A stretch of 64,000 bases of DNA from an uncultured Gemmatimonadales bacterium (GCA_963809895.1 CAWELD010000003.1:2208001-2272000); one strand, 5' to 3'; positions 1 through 11,092 are shown, counted from the stretch's first letter. A program made the numbers and translations. Notes: generated by a model from the sequence alone, not told the origin.

Positions 1-1973
1 CACGGGTCCTGGAGCGGTACCGGGGCGAGCTGGCGGCACTCGGAACCGAGCTCAGCGTGTCGCGACGCCAGGTTGGCATGCCGCCCCGCCTGACCGCGCT
101 CCTGGAGCGGGGGCTGGCAGCGCTGCCGGACGCCGATGCGAGCACGTTGCGCACCGAGCACGCGGACACTCCGTTCCGGCAGGCGGTCGCCATGCTGGAC
201 ATCCGGCTCGCCCGACTTCTCACGCACGACGGCGACGCCACCTACGACAGCGCGGCGTTCTCGCACGACCTGTCGGAGCTGGCGGCGGCCCTCGACGAGG
301 TGGGATTGCAACCGGTGGCCCGCCACGGACGGCTGAAGCGGCTCCGGACGCTGGTGGCCACCTTCGGCTTCCACCTGGCCACCCTCGACGTGCGCCAGCA
401 CAGTGCCGTGCACGAGCAGGCCGTGGCCGCCGTGCTCCGCCGGGCAGGCCTCCACGACGACTACATGTCGCTGGACGAGGCCGAACGGGTGCGGGTCCTG
501 ACCGGAGCGATGTCACGGGCCGGTGCCCCCCACGCCGCCGAGCGCGGCGAGCCCGTCGCCGGCGAGGACGAGCTGCCAGGAATCGTGGCCGACCTGCTGG
601 AGGCGCTCCGGGTCGTGCGCGACGCCGTGGAGCGGGAGCCGCTGGCGGTGGGAAGCTGGATCGTGAGCATGACGCACAGCGTGAGTGACCTGCTGGAGCC
701 CATGTATCTGGCACGGGAAACCGGGCTCCTGGGGGTGGAGAACGAACGCATCCGCTGCCCGCTGGACTTCGTGCCCCTCTTCGAGACGGTCGAGGACCTG
801 GAGGCCGCGGCCGAGCGCATGGAACGCCTCTACGCCGACCCCTTCTACCGGCGTCAACTGGAGGCGCGGGGCGGCGTCCAGGAGGTGATGCTCGGGTATT
901 CGGACAGCAACAAGGACGGCGGCTACTGGGCCGCCAACTGGGCCCTCCACAAGGCGCAGGACGCCCTGGGCCGCTCGGCCCACAGCCATGGGATCGACCT
1001 GCGCCTCTTCCACGGGCGCGGAGGCACCGTGGGCCGGGGAGGCGGCCGTGCCAATCGCGCCGTGCTGGCCATGCCGCCCTCGGTCCACAACGGCCGCATC
1101 CGCTTCACCGAGCAGGGTGAGGTCATCACCTTCCGCTACGGACTCGCCGATATCGCTCGGCGGCATCTGGAGCAGATGGTCGGGGCCGTGGTGCAGGCCA
1201 CGGCCGAAGCCGACCGACAAGACGCACAAGGCCCGGCCGGCGCGCCGGCAGCTGCCCCGGACGAGGACTGCGCACGGCGGATGGAGGTCCTGGCCCAGCG
1301 ATCCATGGAGGCCTACCGAGCGCTCATCCAGGACCCGGACTTCTGGCCGTGGTATCTCCGCACGACGCCCATCCGATACATCAGCCGGCTTCCCATGGGC
1401 TCACGGCCCGCGGCGCGAGGCTCCGCGGGCGACGACGAGGCCTCGGAGCTGGCCTTCGGGGATCTGAGGGCGATCCCCTGGGTGTTCGCGTGGACCCAGG
1501 TCCGTGCCATCGCACCGGGTTGGTTCGGGATCGGGACGGCGCTGGACCAGCGCCTGGCCCACGAACCCGCCCTCCTGGACGAGCTCCGGAAGCTCTACCG
1601 CACCTGGCCGTTCCTGAAAGCGGTGGTGGACAACGCGCTGCGGGAAATGGCGCGCGCGCGGCTCGGCGTCACGGCGCTGTACGATACCCGACTCGGGTCC
1701 GGCGGCCCATCGACCTTTCTCGGGACCCTGCGTGAGGATTTCCAGCGGGCCGAAGGTCACCTCCTGGTCGTCTCGGGCGAGGACGAGCTGCTGCAGCACA
1801 CGCCCGTGATCCAGAAGTCCATCCGCCTCCGCAACCCGTACACCGACGTGCTCAACCTCCTGCAGCGGGAGCTGCTGGCCCGCGCAGCCGATGGAGAGCC
1901 CGACGAGGCGCTACGGGACGCGCTCTTCCTGAGCGTGAACGGCATCGCGGCGGCTATGCAGAGCACCGGATAG
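1..1973 (+). CDS. ppc: Phosphoenolpyruvate carboxylase (5' end outside window)
   Basis: Hallmark motifs [66 protein letters not shown] and C-terminal [10 protein letters not shown]. Confidence 0.97.
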   Translation, partial: RVLERYRGELAALGTELSVSRRQVGMPPRLTALLERGLAALPDADASTLRTEHADTPFRQAVAMLDIRLARLLTHDGDATYDSAAFSHDLSELAAALDEVGLQPVARHGRLKRLRTLVATFGFHLATLDVRQHSAVHEQAVAAVLRRAGLHDDYMSLDEAERVRVLTGAMSRAGAPHAAERGEPVAGEDELPGIVADLLEALRVVRDAVEREPLAVGSWIVSMTHSVSDLLEPMYLARETGLLGVENERIRCPLDFVPLFETVEDLEAAAERMERLYADPFYRRQLEARGGVQEVMLGYSDSNKDGGYWAANWALHKAQDALGRSAHSHGIDLRLFHGRGGTVGRGGGRANRAVLAMPPSVHNGRIRFTEQGEVITFRYGLADIARRHLEQMVGAVVQATAEADRQDAQGPAGAPAAAPDEDCARRMEVLAQRSMEAYRALIQDPDFWPWYLRTTPIRYISRLPMGSRPAARGSAGDDEASELAFGDLRAIPWVFAWTQVRAIAPGWFGIGTALDQRLAHEPALLDELRKLYRTWPFLKAVVDNALREMARARLGVTALYDTRLGSGGPSTFLGTLREDFQRAEGHLLVVSGEDELLQHTPVIQKSIRLRNPYTDVLNLLQRELLARAADGEPDEALRDALFLSVNGIAAAMQSTG

Positions 1974-2070
1974 CCAAGCGGAGCTTCGTCGTCTCTTCGG
2001 CCGATCTGGTACGGCCCTTGCCTCTCTCATCGTCGCAACGACGAACGCAATGAGAAGAGGAGAACGTCCG

Positions 2071-2472
2071 ATGAAGACCACGGGTAGCCTCGCAGCCGCC
2101 GTGCTGCTCACCGGTGTCCTGGCCATTCCGGCCGCCGCGCAGACCACCACGAATCGAGCCCACCAGGAGGCACAGGTCAGGGCTGAACTCCGGGAGCTGG
2201 CAGCCTCGCCCACCGCGGCCGATCACGATCGCGCCGAGGTGCAGCGCTTTCTCGCCAACGACCGGGTTCGCGACGTGGCCGCGGACATGGGGATCGACCT
2301 GCACGCGCTGCAGGACCGTGTGGCCACGCTGAACGATGCCGACGCTGCGGACCTGGCGTCTCGCGTCAGGAACGCCAACGAGGCGCCCATGGCGGGTGGT
2401 GACACCTTCGTCATCACCTCCACCACGATCATCATCGTCCTGTTGATCATCATCCTGATCGTCGTGGCGTGA
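2071..2472 (+). CDS. Secreted PA2779-like protein with Gly-Gly motif followed by a hydrophobic C-terminal tail
   Basis: Signal peptide (MKTTGSLAAAVLL...PAAAQ), helical core, ends PMAGG-DTFVITSTTIIIVLLIIILIVVA; GTGA overlap with the downstream C39-like peptidase. Confidence 0.7.
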   Translation: MKTTGSLAAAVLLTGVLAIPAAAQTTTNRAHQEAQVRAELRELAASPTAADHDRAEVQRFLANDRVRDVAADMGIDLHALQDRVATLNDADAADLASRVRNANEAPMAGGDTFVITSTTIIIVLLIIILIVVA

Positions 2473-4398
2473 CCACCTCGCCGGCCACCATGGCCCTGGC
2501 GGCGGCGCTCCTGATCGGAGGGTCGACGCCCGGGCCGGCCGTGGCTCGACCGCCCATCGACTCGCCCCTCGCCGATACGGCATCGGAGGTCGAGCTCGAC
2601 GTACCGTACCTCACACAGGGTCCCCTGCTCTGCGGGGGCGCCGCCGCCGCCATGGTCGAGCGTTTCTACGGAGCTCGCGGGGTCTACGCCGAGGACTTCG
2701 AAACGCTGGTCCGCCCTACCGAGGGTGGCATCCGCACCGACGACCTGGCGCATGCCCTTCGCGCCCGGGGCTACCAGGCTCGGGTCCGCCGCGGAAGCCT
2801 GACCGCTGCGCTCGAGGCCCTGGACCGGGGTTCGCCCCCGATCCTCCTGCTGAGCACCGGCAACGAGCGCCTCCACTACGTGGTGCTCGTCGGCTGGAAC
2901 GGGGGCACGGCGCTGGTGCACGACCCGCTGCTGGGCCCCCGGCGCCGGATCGCCATCGAGCGCCTCGCATCCCAGGCCCGAGCCACGGACTTCTGGACGC
3001 TGGTCGTCCAGCCGGACACGGGATCCCTCCCGACGGCCTCAGCCGGACCTGCGGTGGCCCACGCGGCGTCCAACGAACTGGAGCCCGGCCCGCTGTTGAA
3101 CGCCCTGGCGGCGCTGCGCGCCGGGCACCAAGACCTGGCCGAAGCCGAAGCGCGGGCCCAGCTCACCCGTTCTCCCAGCGGCCCGCTTCGCGATCTCAGC
3201 TGGCAGCTCATCGCCACGGCCCGCTTCCGAGAGGGCCGCCACGACGCGGCGCTGGACGCGTGGAACCGTCTGGGTGAGCCCCGCGTCGACCTCGTGGTGC
3301 TCGACGGGCTGGAGCATCTGCGATGGCGGGCGGTGGCGGGGCGGCTGCCCCTCCGGCACGGAGACACGCTGCGTGCCCGCGATCTGGCGACCGGACGCCG
3401 CCGCCTCTCCGCCGTGCCGGGGATCGTGTCGTCCCGCCTCGACTACCAACCGCTCGTGGACGGCACCGTCGAGGTCCGGGGCTACGTCGCCGAGGCCGGA
3501 CGCTGGCCGTCGACTTCGAGGATCGGGGCCGAGCTGGTGGGAGCGGTGATCGACGAACGCGCCTCCGTGAGCGCGGGTCCTTTTCTGTCGGGCAGCGAGC
3601 GCTGGCGGCTGTCCGGCCAATGGCTCGCGGCCGACGCGGCCGCCAACCTCACCGTGACGGGCCCTGCACCGCCCCTGCCCGGCATTGCCGCGGTCACGCT
3701 GGCCTGGGAACGCCAGCGCTTCGGCCTGGACGGCGTGGAGGCCGGCGCCGAGGAGCGCATCCGTGGCGTCGCCTCGCTGGGCGAGTGGATCGGGCCCGCG
3801 GACCGGGTCGAGGGGCGACTGGGGCTGGAACGTTGGGATGACCGGGGCCGCAGCGTCACGGCCGGAGGCTCGTTGCGTCACGTCGTCACGCCCGGTCGCC
3901 TCGGCTCGGAGCTCTCCGCCGATGCGTGGACCGGCGCCGTGCACGCCGCGAGGGGCCGCTTCGGGCTCGATGCGCGCCTGCCGCGATCAGGGCGCGAATG
4001 GCGCCTGGGCGTCCGGGGTACCTGGGCCAGCGACGGGAAGTCCACGCATGCTCTGGGACGGGGCCGGCCTCGGGGTCGTGCGAAGCCCCCTGTTGCGTGG
4101 CGTCCGGCTGGTGCGCGACGGCAGGATCGACGGGCCGGTGTTCGGACCACGGCTCGTGCAGGCCTCGCTGGAGCACACCTTCCTCCGCCGTCTGGGCCCG
4201 GTGCGGGCGGGCATCGGCCTGTTCGCGGACGCGGCCCGGGCGTGGGGGAGCGTCGCGGGCGATTCGGGATGGCGGGGAGCGTGGGGCGTGGAGCTCGAGG
4301 GCGTGCTCGACGACCGCCGCATGGCACTCAGCCTCGGCACCGGTGCCGGCGACTGGATCGTATCACTGCGTCTGGGCTCGGTGCACCGGCTCTACTAG
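2469..4398 (+). CDS. C39-like cysteine peptidase fused to helical/POTRA-like and predicted beta-barrel regions (one frameshift near 4035)
   Basis: LDVPYLTQ..LCGGAAAAM (Cys), LHYVVLVG (His), VHDP (Asp). Reading continues in ORF 3685..4398 after an apparent extra G in 'gacgggaag'. C-terminal half has alternating amphipathic strands. Confidence 0.7.
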
Positions 4399-5421
4399 CC
4401 CCCGGCGCGCCCCGCTCCGTTCCGTCGCACGAACGACCAGGCCGGCGACCCACCAGATCGCGACCACCAGCAGGCCCACGACGTAGCCATCCACTGCGTA
4501 GTGCCACCCCAGCGCCACCGATCCGAGAAAGACCATGGCTGCGTACGTGCCCGCCACGGCGCCCAGCCAGAGCCGCGTGCGGGCGGCCCCGATGGCGATC
4601 AGGAACATGGCGCCCACGTGAATCGACGGCATGGCCGAGACGCCGCCACCCGTGAGCACCGTGCCCGACGCCTGGGCGCGCCAGAGCTCCGTCTGAAGCC
4701 GTCGGGCCGTGAGACCCAGGGCGTCCATGTGCTGGATGAGAGGACCGAAGGGATCGGGTTGGCCGGTGACGGACCGAAAGTACACGGGCCCGGCCGATGA
4801 AAAGAGGGTCGCCAGGATCGTCCCCCCGAGGACCCACAGAAGGGCGATGGACAACAGGAAGCGACCGCGCACCCTTCCCGGACGACCGAACACCGCCACG
4901 GCGATGCCGAGGCTGAGCACGGGATACCAGAGGAGATACGACGCGTCCAGCGCCCGCAAGGCGACGTCCGGAAGGTGCATGAGCGCCAGGCCAGGCTCCC
5001 CTCCGTGAAGGGTCACGTCCCAGCGATGCAGCGCCACGTCCCACCGATAGGGGCGCCCCATGAAGAGCCGCGGCTTGAGCGCCAGGAAGATGGCGAACAT
5101 GTGGGCCATGGCGATCCCGCCCACGGCGCTGGACGCCAGGCGCTCCGGCTCGGCCAGCCCGACGCCCCGACCGTGCCGGGCGAGGATGGCGTCGGCCCCG
5201 GCGAAGGCCGCCACCATGCCCAGGACCAGTGCTCCCGTGACCACCAGGGGACGCGCGACCGGGCCGAACGTCCAGCGCAGATACAGGTCGAAGAGGACGA
5301 CGATCACCAGGAGCGGCGCATGGCGCCACAGGACCGGGACCAACGTGCTTCGCGTCCCTCGTATCGCCGCGACGAACGAAGAACGCCGACGCCTCAAGGA
5401 CGGGACGCCACGGTCCGGCAA
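4363..5421 (-). CDS. PAP2-like (PAP2_3) multi-pass membrane phosphoesterase
   Basis: SSAGPVY, SAMPSIHVG and SVALGWHYAVDG motifs; several hydrophobic helices; start uncertain. Confidence 0.8.
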   Translation of the reverse strand: MPDRGVPSLRRRRSSFVAAIRGTRSTLVPVLWRHAPLLVIVVLFDLYLRWTFGPVARPLVVTGALVLGMVAAFAGADAILARHGRGVGLAEPERLASSAVGGIAMAHMFAIFLALKPRLFMGRPYRWDVALHRWDVTLHGGEPGLALMHLPDVALRALDASYLLWYPVLSLGIAVAVFGRPGRVRGRFLLSIALLWVLGGTILATLFSSAGPVYFRSVTGQPDPFGPLIQHMDALGLTARRLQTELWRAQASGTVLTGGGVSAMPSIHVGAMFLIAIGAARTRLWLGAVAGTYAAMVFLGSVALGWHYAVDGYVVGLLVVAIWWVAGLVVRATERSGARRGLVEPVHRAQTQ

Positions 5422-6380
5422 GAGGCGCCGGGCAGGACCGGACAGGCCGCCACCATGGTGGCACCCTCCTTCCAGTCCCTCACGCGCAGGACCCGCGTCC
5501 GCGTCGCTTCGCGGCCGTCTTCCGCGTCGGTGACCCTCACGACCAGACGGTAGTACCCCTCGTCCAGGGGCGCGTCCACGCGCCGCAGCTCCCTGAGCAG
5601 TCCCCCGGCGTCGGAGGCGGCCTGGCCCGTGAAGCTCACGCGCACCACCCGCTCGTGGGCGCGCGGACGACCGGCTGCGTCGATGGGCGCGAACGAGACC
5701 TCGGTGGTGTAGCGGTGGTCCTTCGGGAGGTTGTACACCTCGTAGAACACGTCGAAGGTACCGCTGGGAAAGTCGTTGCTGGGCAGGAGCGCCAGCGTGG
5801 CATCCCCCCGCCTCCAGCCGTCTACGCCCCCGGGCAGACCCAGCGCGATGTCGCTGAGCATCAGCCGGCTGCCGCTGTAGTCGGGAATCACGAACGGATG
5901 CGTGTAGAGCTGACCGGTGCCCGGATTGGGCGCGTCGATCATGATGACCCGCTGCACCGTGGTGGACGACGGCCGGGCCTCGGTCTCGATGTAGGTGTGC
6001 AGGAGGTGATCGTCGTCCAACGGCCGGTCACGGGCGACGAAGACCGAGTCGTCGGTGCGTGACACGCCGCCGAACGCCGTGTCGGCCAGCACCAGGGACA
6101 CGTTGAACCGGTAGCGGTAGTCCCCGTCGACCTTCTCCCGGTTCAGACGCCCCACAGGCACCGCGAACGAGGCGACCACCGTCGTGCTCCCACCATCTCC
6201 GCGAAACGTGTACAGGTCGTAGAAGAAGGGGAGCGCCCGCCAGGGGACGGCGTGGGGCCGGACCGGCATCACGCCTGGGCCTCCGACGTCCAAGCCGGGC
6301 GACGACGGGGTGGATCCCGTGGTCGCCGCGACCGTGGAGGCCGTGAGGATCAACATGAGGGATGCGGCGGATCGTACCAT
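5394..6380 (-). CDS. Secreted hypothetical protein with Ig-like beta-rich domains (resembles C-terminal part of GWxTD proteins)
   Basis: Signal peptide; LMLSDIAL, VFYEVYNL and GYYRLVVRVTD segments. Confidence 0.55.
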   Translation of the reverse strand: MVRSAASLMLILTASTVAATTGSTPSSPGLDVGGPGVMPVRPHAVPWRALPFFYDLYTFRGDGGSTTVVASFAVPVGRLNREKVDGDYRYRFNVSLVLADTAFGGVSRTDDSVFVARDRPLDDDHLLHTYIETEARPSSTTVQRVIMIDAPNPGTGQLYTHPFVIPDYSGSRLMLSDIALGLPGGVDGWRRGDATLALLPSNDFPSGTFDVFYEVYNLPKDHRYTTEVSFAPIDAAGRPRAHERVVRVSFTGQAASDAGGLLRELRRVDAPLDEGYYRLVVRVTDAEDGREATRTRVLRVRDWKEGATMVAACPVLPGASCRTVASRP

Positions 6381-6679
6381 GGCTCCAGCATACCTCGAGG
6401 GTGCGGGGCGCCGATGTTAAACGTCGGTCAGCCTCGTGGAGTTCCACCACCGGATCCGGCCAGCCGATCCTGCAGGGCATCGAGACGCGCCGCCCACGCC
6501 TTCCTGGCGCGCTCCATGGCAACGACTCGCCGGTCTTGGCCATGCGGGCTCGAACGAGCCGCTTGAGATCGTTGTTCGTGGGGGCCGGGCACAAGAGGTT
6601 GGGCGTCGGACCGCGCCCGTGGAGGGCAACATGCGAGGTGGGTGGGCCACCGAGCAACCCTGGAGCCAGCGAGAGGCGG

Positions 6680-7219
6680 ATGGCGCAGCGGAGCTATTTC
6701 CTGACGAGCCCCCGGCTAGGATTCAGCGAGTGGAGGGACGACGACCTCGATCTCGCCGTGAGTCTGTGGGGGGATCCCCGGGTGACCGCGCTCTTCGATG
6801 CCCGCGAACGGCTGACGCGAGAGGAGGTCGCCAGCCGCCTGCAGGGAGAACTGGACCGCCGGCGAGCCCTGGGCATCCAGTACTGGCCCGCCTTTGTGCG
6901 GGAGTCGGGGGATTTCGTGGGCTGCGCGGGACTCAAGCCCTACGGGGAATCCCACGATCGCCGCGAAATGGGAATCCACCTGCGGCCGGCCTTCTGGGGC
7001 CGGGGCCTCGCCACCGAGGCGTGTCGAGCCGTCATCACCTACGCCTTCGAGGAGCTCCGCCTGCAGGCGCTGCTCGCGGGACATCACCCGGAGAACCACG
7101 CATCGAGGCGGGTCCTGGAGAAGCTGGGATTCCGGCACATCCGGGATGAGCTCTTCGAGGGCACGGGGCTCGTGCATCCACTGTACGAGCTGCCTTCGGC
7201 GGAGTGGAACGTCCGCTGA
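6680..7219 (+). CDS. GNAT N-acetyltransferase, RimJ/RimL family
   Basis: FWGRGLATEA acetyl-CoA motif and NHASRRVLEKLGF; ATG 6680 after GAGAGG. Confidence 0.9.
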   Translation: MAQRSYFLTSPRLGFSEWRDDDLDLAVSLWGDPRVTALFDARERLTREEVASRLQGELDRRRALGIQYWPAFVRESGDFVGCAGLKPYGESHDRREMGIHLRPAFWGRGLATEACRAVITYAFEELRLQALLAGHHPENHASRRVLEKLGFRHIRDELFEGTGLVHPLYELPSAEWNVR

Positions 7220-7226
7220 GCCCCGG

Positions 7227-9506
7227 TCAGCCGCCGTCGCCTCCCGGCCGGTAGCTCTTCACGGCGTGAGCCTCCACCTCGGCCCGCGTGAACCACGCCG
7301 GCTTGAACATGCGCTGGGCGTACAGCGGCGCCTGATCGAAGAAGTGGGATGAGGCGGAGTCCGCGCTCTGACCGAACACGGAGACCGAGCGCGCGCTGGG
7401 CTCGGGCCCGAACTCGACGACTTTCAGCATGGAGTTGCCGGCCACGCCGTAGCGGCGATCCGCCAGGCCCGATGGCGCTCCGCCCGCATTCGTCGTGTAG
7501 AAGGCGAACACGGCGCCGTTGGCGCCACCCACGGACAGACTGGGCAGGGCGTCGCTGAACGAGGCCGGATCGTCGTCGGGGGGACGCTGCAATCGGTTCA
7601 CCTGGCCCCAGGGGACCTCGATGGTGCCCCACCGCTCGCGGAGCGCCCTCAACGTTCGGGCCAGAGCCGTCAGCTCGGGCCAGCCACCGACCGCTTCCGA
7701 TGGCGAGCGCTCGGCGCGCGCCTGCAGCGCGAGCTCGAACCAGGTGGTCTCCACGGACTCGATGCGGGCCTCGCGGTCCCAGGCCAGGAGCCTGGGCATG
7801 GCCACCTCCAGATCCGGACGGTCGGCCTCCCCGACGACCGCTTGTAGCTCCCTCCACTGGGATTCGAGCACCGGGACCAGGGTATCGGCCATGGACAGGT
7901 GCGTGTCCCACACGGCCCGGGCGAAGTGGTCGAGGGTGACCCCACGCATGGCCCGGAGCGCACGCAGGCTGCTGCGAGCTCGGGGATTGTCGGTCTCGCC
8001 GCCGATCATGTAGGGAGGAAAGTCGGACCTGGCGAAGGGAGCGGGCGCGGTGGCCACCATGGGCGCGGAGTTGGTGTTGAGCAGGAAGCCCGACTCGGGA
8101 TTCAGGACCTGCGGCAGCTCGTCCAGCGCGTGGTAGCCCTGCCACTCGGTGCCCGGATCGGCGCCGTCCACGGGGTCGGCCCAGTCCAGCGACGGGTCAC
8201 GCCTGGGCACCGCCGAGTTGTAGAGGTACCAGATGTTCCCGTCAGCGTCGGCGTACATGAGGTTCATGTACGGGATGGCGAGCCGGGAGACGGCGCTCCG
8301 GAACTCGGCCAGCGAGGACGCGCCGATCATGGCGTCGAGCTGATCGGCCCAACCACCCTCCTCGAGCCTGGCGAGCCTGGCCGCCAGAGGGCGGCCCGCC
8401 GCGTCCAATCCGACCACCGGGCCGTGGTGTGTCTTCCAGAAGCGCAGCGTGCGCTCCTCCACCCCGCCTTCGGTGCTCACCTGCACCTGTTCGGTCCAGG
8501 TGGCGGCCTGGCGGCGATCACCCCCGTAGCGGTAGGTGAGCGGGCTCGACGCATCGTCGAAGTGCTCGACGTACAGGTCTCCGATGTCGGCATAGTTGTC
8601 GGTGAACGCCCAGCCCAGGCGCTCGTTGTTGCCCATGTACGGCAGCACGAAGCCGAAGCGCGTGAGGCCGCTGAAGACCAATCCCTCGTCGCTGTGGAGG
8701 TGGAGCTCGAAGTAGCGCTGCACCCCGAAGAAGGACTGATGGGGATTCACCAGCAGCATGGCGTGGCCGCTGGCGGTGCGGGACGGAGCCAGCGCCCACT
8801 CGTTGGAGCCCAGCGGCCGCTCGCCGGTGGGTCCGCGGGGGGCTTCGGCGTAGCGGAGGATGGACCCGGCGGAATATCCCGTGGCCGCCTCGGGCTCCGA
8901 CGAGTGCCCATCCCCGGAGCGGGTCACGGCCGGTGAGGCGGCGCCCACGGGCCAGCCACGCTCCACGAGCGCCTGCAACATGGACCTGCGGAAGCCGGCG
9001 TAGCCGAGGAACTCGAGCTCGTGATATTTGAAGCGGAGCAGCGCCAGGGGATACCAGGGCTCCACGTGGTCCAGCCAACGGCCCTCGTCGGGGTGCGCCG
9101 CGAGCCAGGCGTTGAAGCCGTCGGCATAGGCCTCGAGCAGTCCCCGCATGCGGGGAGACGCCGCCTCGTATTCCTCCCGCGAGAGGCGCGGAATCTCGAG
9201 GGCGCGCGCCAGATAGTCGTCGCCCAGCGCCTCCGGGCCCAGGAACTCCGCGGCTCGCCCCACGGAGCGCGTGAAATTCTCGTCCACCAGGGGCCAGTCC
9301 GCCTCGGCTTCCACCCAGGCCGACGCGAACACCACGCTGCGGTCCGTGGGCCCGAAGATGTGCGACACTCCGTAGCCGTCGACGTAGACCACGGCGCCGG
9401 TGTCGGCGGGAATGTGAAGGGCCGAGCCGGGTGAGGGTCGGGCCCCCACCTGGCCCGCGAGCAGCCAGAAGCCGAGGGGCAGAAGGGCCGTCCGCCGATG
9501 CCTCAC
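7227..9506 (-). CDS. Penicillin acylase / acyl-homoserine-lactone acylase family Ntn hydrolase
   Basis: DGYGVSHI, GSNEWALAPSRTASGHAMLLVNPH (beta-subunit Ser), NLMYADADGNI, GQS..SSHFFDQ. Confidence 0.92.
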   Translation of the reverse strand: MRHRRTALLPLGFWLLAGQVGARPSPGSALHIPADTGAVVYVDGYGVSHIFGPTDRSVVFASAWVEAEADWPLVDENFTRSVGRAAEFLGPEALGDDYLARALEIPRLSREEYEAASPRMRGLLEAYADGFNAWLAAHPDEGRWLDHVEPWYPLALLRFKYHELEFLGYAGFRRSMLQALVERGWPVGAASPAVTRSGDGHSSEPEAATGYSAGSILRYAEAPRGPTGERPLGSNEWALAPSRTASGHAMLLVNPHQSFFGVQRYFELHLHSDEGLVFSGLTRFGFVLPYMGNNERLGWAFTDNYADIGDLYVEHFDDASSPLTYRYGGDRRQAATWTEQVQVSTEGGVEERTLRFWKTHHGPVVGLDAAGRPLAARLARLEEGGWADQLDAMIGASSLAEFRSAVSRLAIPYMNLMYADADGNIWYLYNSAVPRRDPSLDWADPVDGADPGTEWQGYHALDELPQVLNPESGFLLNTNSAPMVATAPAPFARSDFPPYMIGGETDNPRARSSLRALRAMRGVTLDHFARAVWDTHLSMADTLVPVLESQWRELQAVVGEADRPDLEVAMPRLLAWDREARIESVETTWFELALQARAERSPSEAVGGWPELTALARTLRALRERWGTIEVPWGQVNRLQRPPDDDPASFSDALPSLSVGGANGAVFAFYTTNAGGAPSGLADRRYGVAGNSMLKVVEFGPEPSARSVSVFGQSADSASSHFFDQAPLYAQRMFKPAWFTRAEVEAHAVKSYRPGGDGG

Positions 9507-9518
9507 GTTCCTGCCACC

Positions 9519-10457
9519 CTACTCGCTCCCGCTCTGCCGCGTGCCGCGAGCCATGACGTTGTCGTCGGGGTCCCGGACGACGAAGGCCGGATGCTGGCCA
9601 TCCTGTGCAGCCTCGAACTCGAAGAACGAGCCTTCCCACGTCTCCCAGAGCTCCCCGTCGTACGCCTCGCCCGGCAGGAACCAACCGTCGACGCCGTCCA
9701 CGGGCAGGAGCCACATGTCCAGGCCGTTGAGCCACTCGCTCATCTGCGGGTCCGGCCCCGGCGGGAGTCCCTCCCAGTCGGCGTGCAGGATGCCGTCGTC
9801 CGTCCGGAAGAAACGCATCGTGAAGGGGGGACCCGGCTGGCCGTCGGGTCCCGTCATCTTCACATCGAAGGTCCCGAGCACCGGAGCCGCCTCGTCATCG
9901 GTCGCGGCGATGCGCATGCTGGGCTCCACCTTCACGTCGAAGGCGACGCGGCTCGTGCCCCAGCGCAGCGCCAGAGTCCCGCCGTCGTTGCGGATGTCCT
10001 CGAAGTCCCAGGTCAGGAGTTCCCGGAACGGGGCCTCCTCCACCGTCGCCGGAATGACGATCTGATCGTCTGCCGGGGGCGGTCCCATGGTGTGGAAGAT
10101 CAGCGTGTCCGGCTCGAAGAAGAGCTCGGTGGGGACGAAGTGCTCATCGGTGCGGAACCACAGCGAGTAGGTCCCAGCGGGGATAGAGGTACCCGCGAAT
10201 TCGATGGGCTTCTGGAAGGAGATCTTGGTGCCGTAGTTGGCCCCGGGTGTCCACACGTGCTCCCACACGATGCCCCCGTCGCCAAAGACCTTGTCCCGAC
10301 CCCGCATGCGGGGACGGTAGTACTCGACGCGGAACTCGGTGCCGTCGATCGTCTGGTAGAGCGTGGACGGCTCGCTGGCGCGGATCTGCGCAGCGGCGTG
10401 GGGCGCGTCGAGGGGCAGGAGGGCCACGGCGACGAGCAGGGAGGGTCCGAGCTTCAT
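9519..10457 (-). CDS. DUF2911 domain secreted protein with C-terminal extension
   Basis: Signal peptide; VEYYRPRMRGRDKVFG, VWTPGAN and IPAGTYSLW motifs. Confidence 0.8.
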   Translation of the reverse strand: MKLGPSLLVAVALLPLDAPHAAAQIRASEPSTLYQTIDGTEFRVEYYRPRMRGRDKVFGDGGIVWEHVWTPGANYGTKISFQKPIEFAGTSIPAGTYSLWFRTDEHFVPTELFFEPDTLIFHTMGPPPADDQIVIPATVEEAPFRELLTWDFEDIRNDGGTLALRWGTSRVAFDVKVEPSMRIAATDDEAAPVLGTFDVKMTGPDGQPGPPFTMRFFRTDDGILHADWEGLPPGPDPQMSEWLNGLDMWLLPVDGVDGWFLPGEAYDGELWETWEGSFFEFEAAQDGQHPAFVVRDPDDNVMARGTRQSGSE

Positions 10458-10567
10458 GGCGGGATTCTCGTAGGGGGTGGATGTCCCGCCAACCTGGGGA
10501 CCGAGGCGGGCGACGCGCAACGAGACCGTCGATTTCTCGACCACCCGCCCTCGGCCCCTCATCAGCC

Positions 10568-10969
10568 TCACATGCGGGGAGAGATCGTCGGCTGCTCCAC
10601 CCGGGTTTGCACGTTGAACGTGGGCGGCTGCTCCAGGTGCTTCTTCACGGCGCACTGATCGGCGGCGCGGACGAGGGCGGCGTGATAGCGCTCGGGAAAG
10701 TCGGGCGGGACCACGATGTCCAGATCCACCGACGTGACCATGTGGGTTACGGGGTTGGCATGCACCCGTTGGACCACTCGAACTCCCTCGGTGGACAGGC
10801 CCCGGTGCTTGCAGAAGCTCAGCACGTAGATGCCGGCGCAGGTGCCGATGGACGCCAGGAACAACCCGAACGGAGCCGGGGCCGAACCGTCCTGGTCGGT
10901 GTGCACGGTCAGGGGTCCCAGGTGAGCGTCCACCCCGAGTCCACCCGGAAAAGTGATCTCCATGTCCAC
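10568..10969 (-). CDS. OsmC/YcaO-N-like family protein
   Basis: TDQ..GSAPAPFGLFLASIGTCAG and ADQCAVKKHL conserved Cys pair. Confidence 0.88.
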   Translation of the reverse strand: MDMEITFPGGLGVDAHLGPLTVHTDQDGSAPAPFGLFLASIGTCAGIYVLSFCKHRGLSTEGVRVVQRVHANPVTHMVTSVDLDIVVPPDFPERYHAALVRAADQCAVKKHLEQPPTFNVQTRVEQPTISPRM

Positions 10970-11058
10970 GTCGTATCCTCCTGCTCGGATGACATTCTCG
11001 AGACGGGTGGCGGGAGCGCGGCCCCTTCCGAGGCACGGGAAAGCCCGGCGCTCCGTAT

Positions 11059-11092
11059 CATAGTAATATTGCTATATCTTTATATTACGATG
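11059..11092. promoter_or_regulatory. AT-rich inverted repeat, candidate operator between divergent OsmC and M28 peptidase genes
   Basis: CATAGTAATA...TATTACGATG (9/10 complementary) in an AT island of a very GC-rich genome. Confidence 0.45.

Noticed and set aside
4021..4060. Programmed frameshift in the C39 fusion
   Set aside because: Single extra G in a short homopolymer, same error style as elsewhere in the window; no clear slippery site with stimulator
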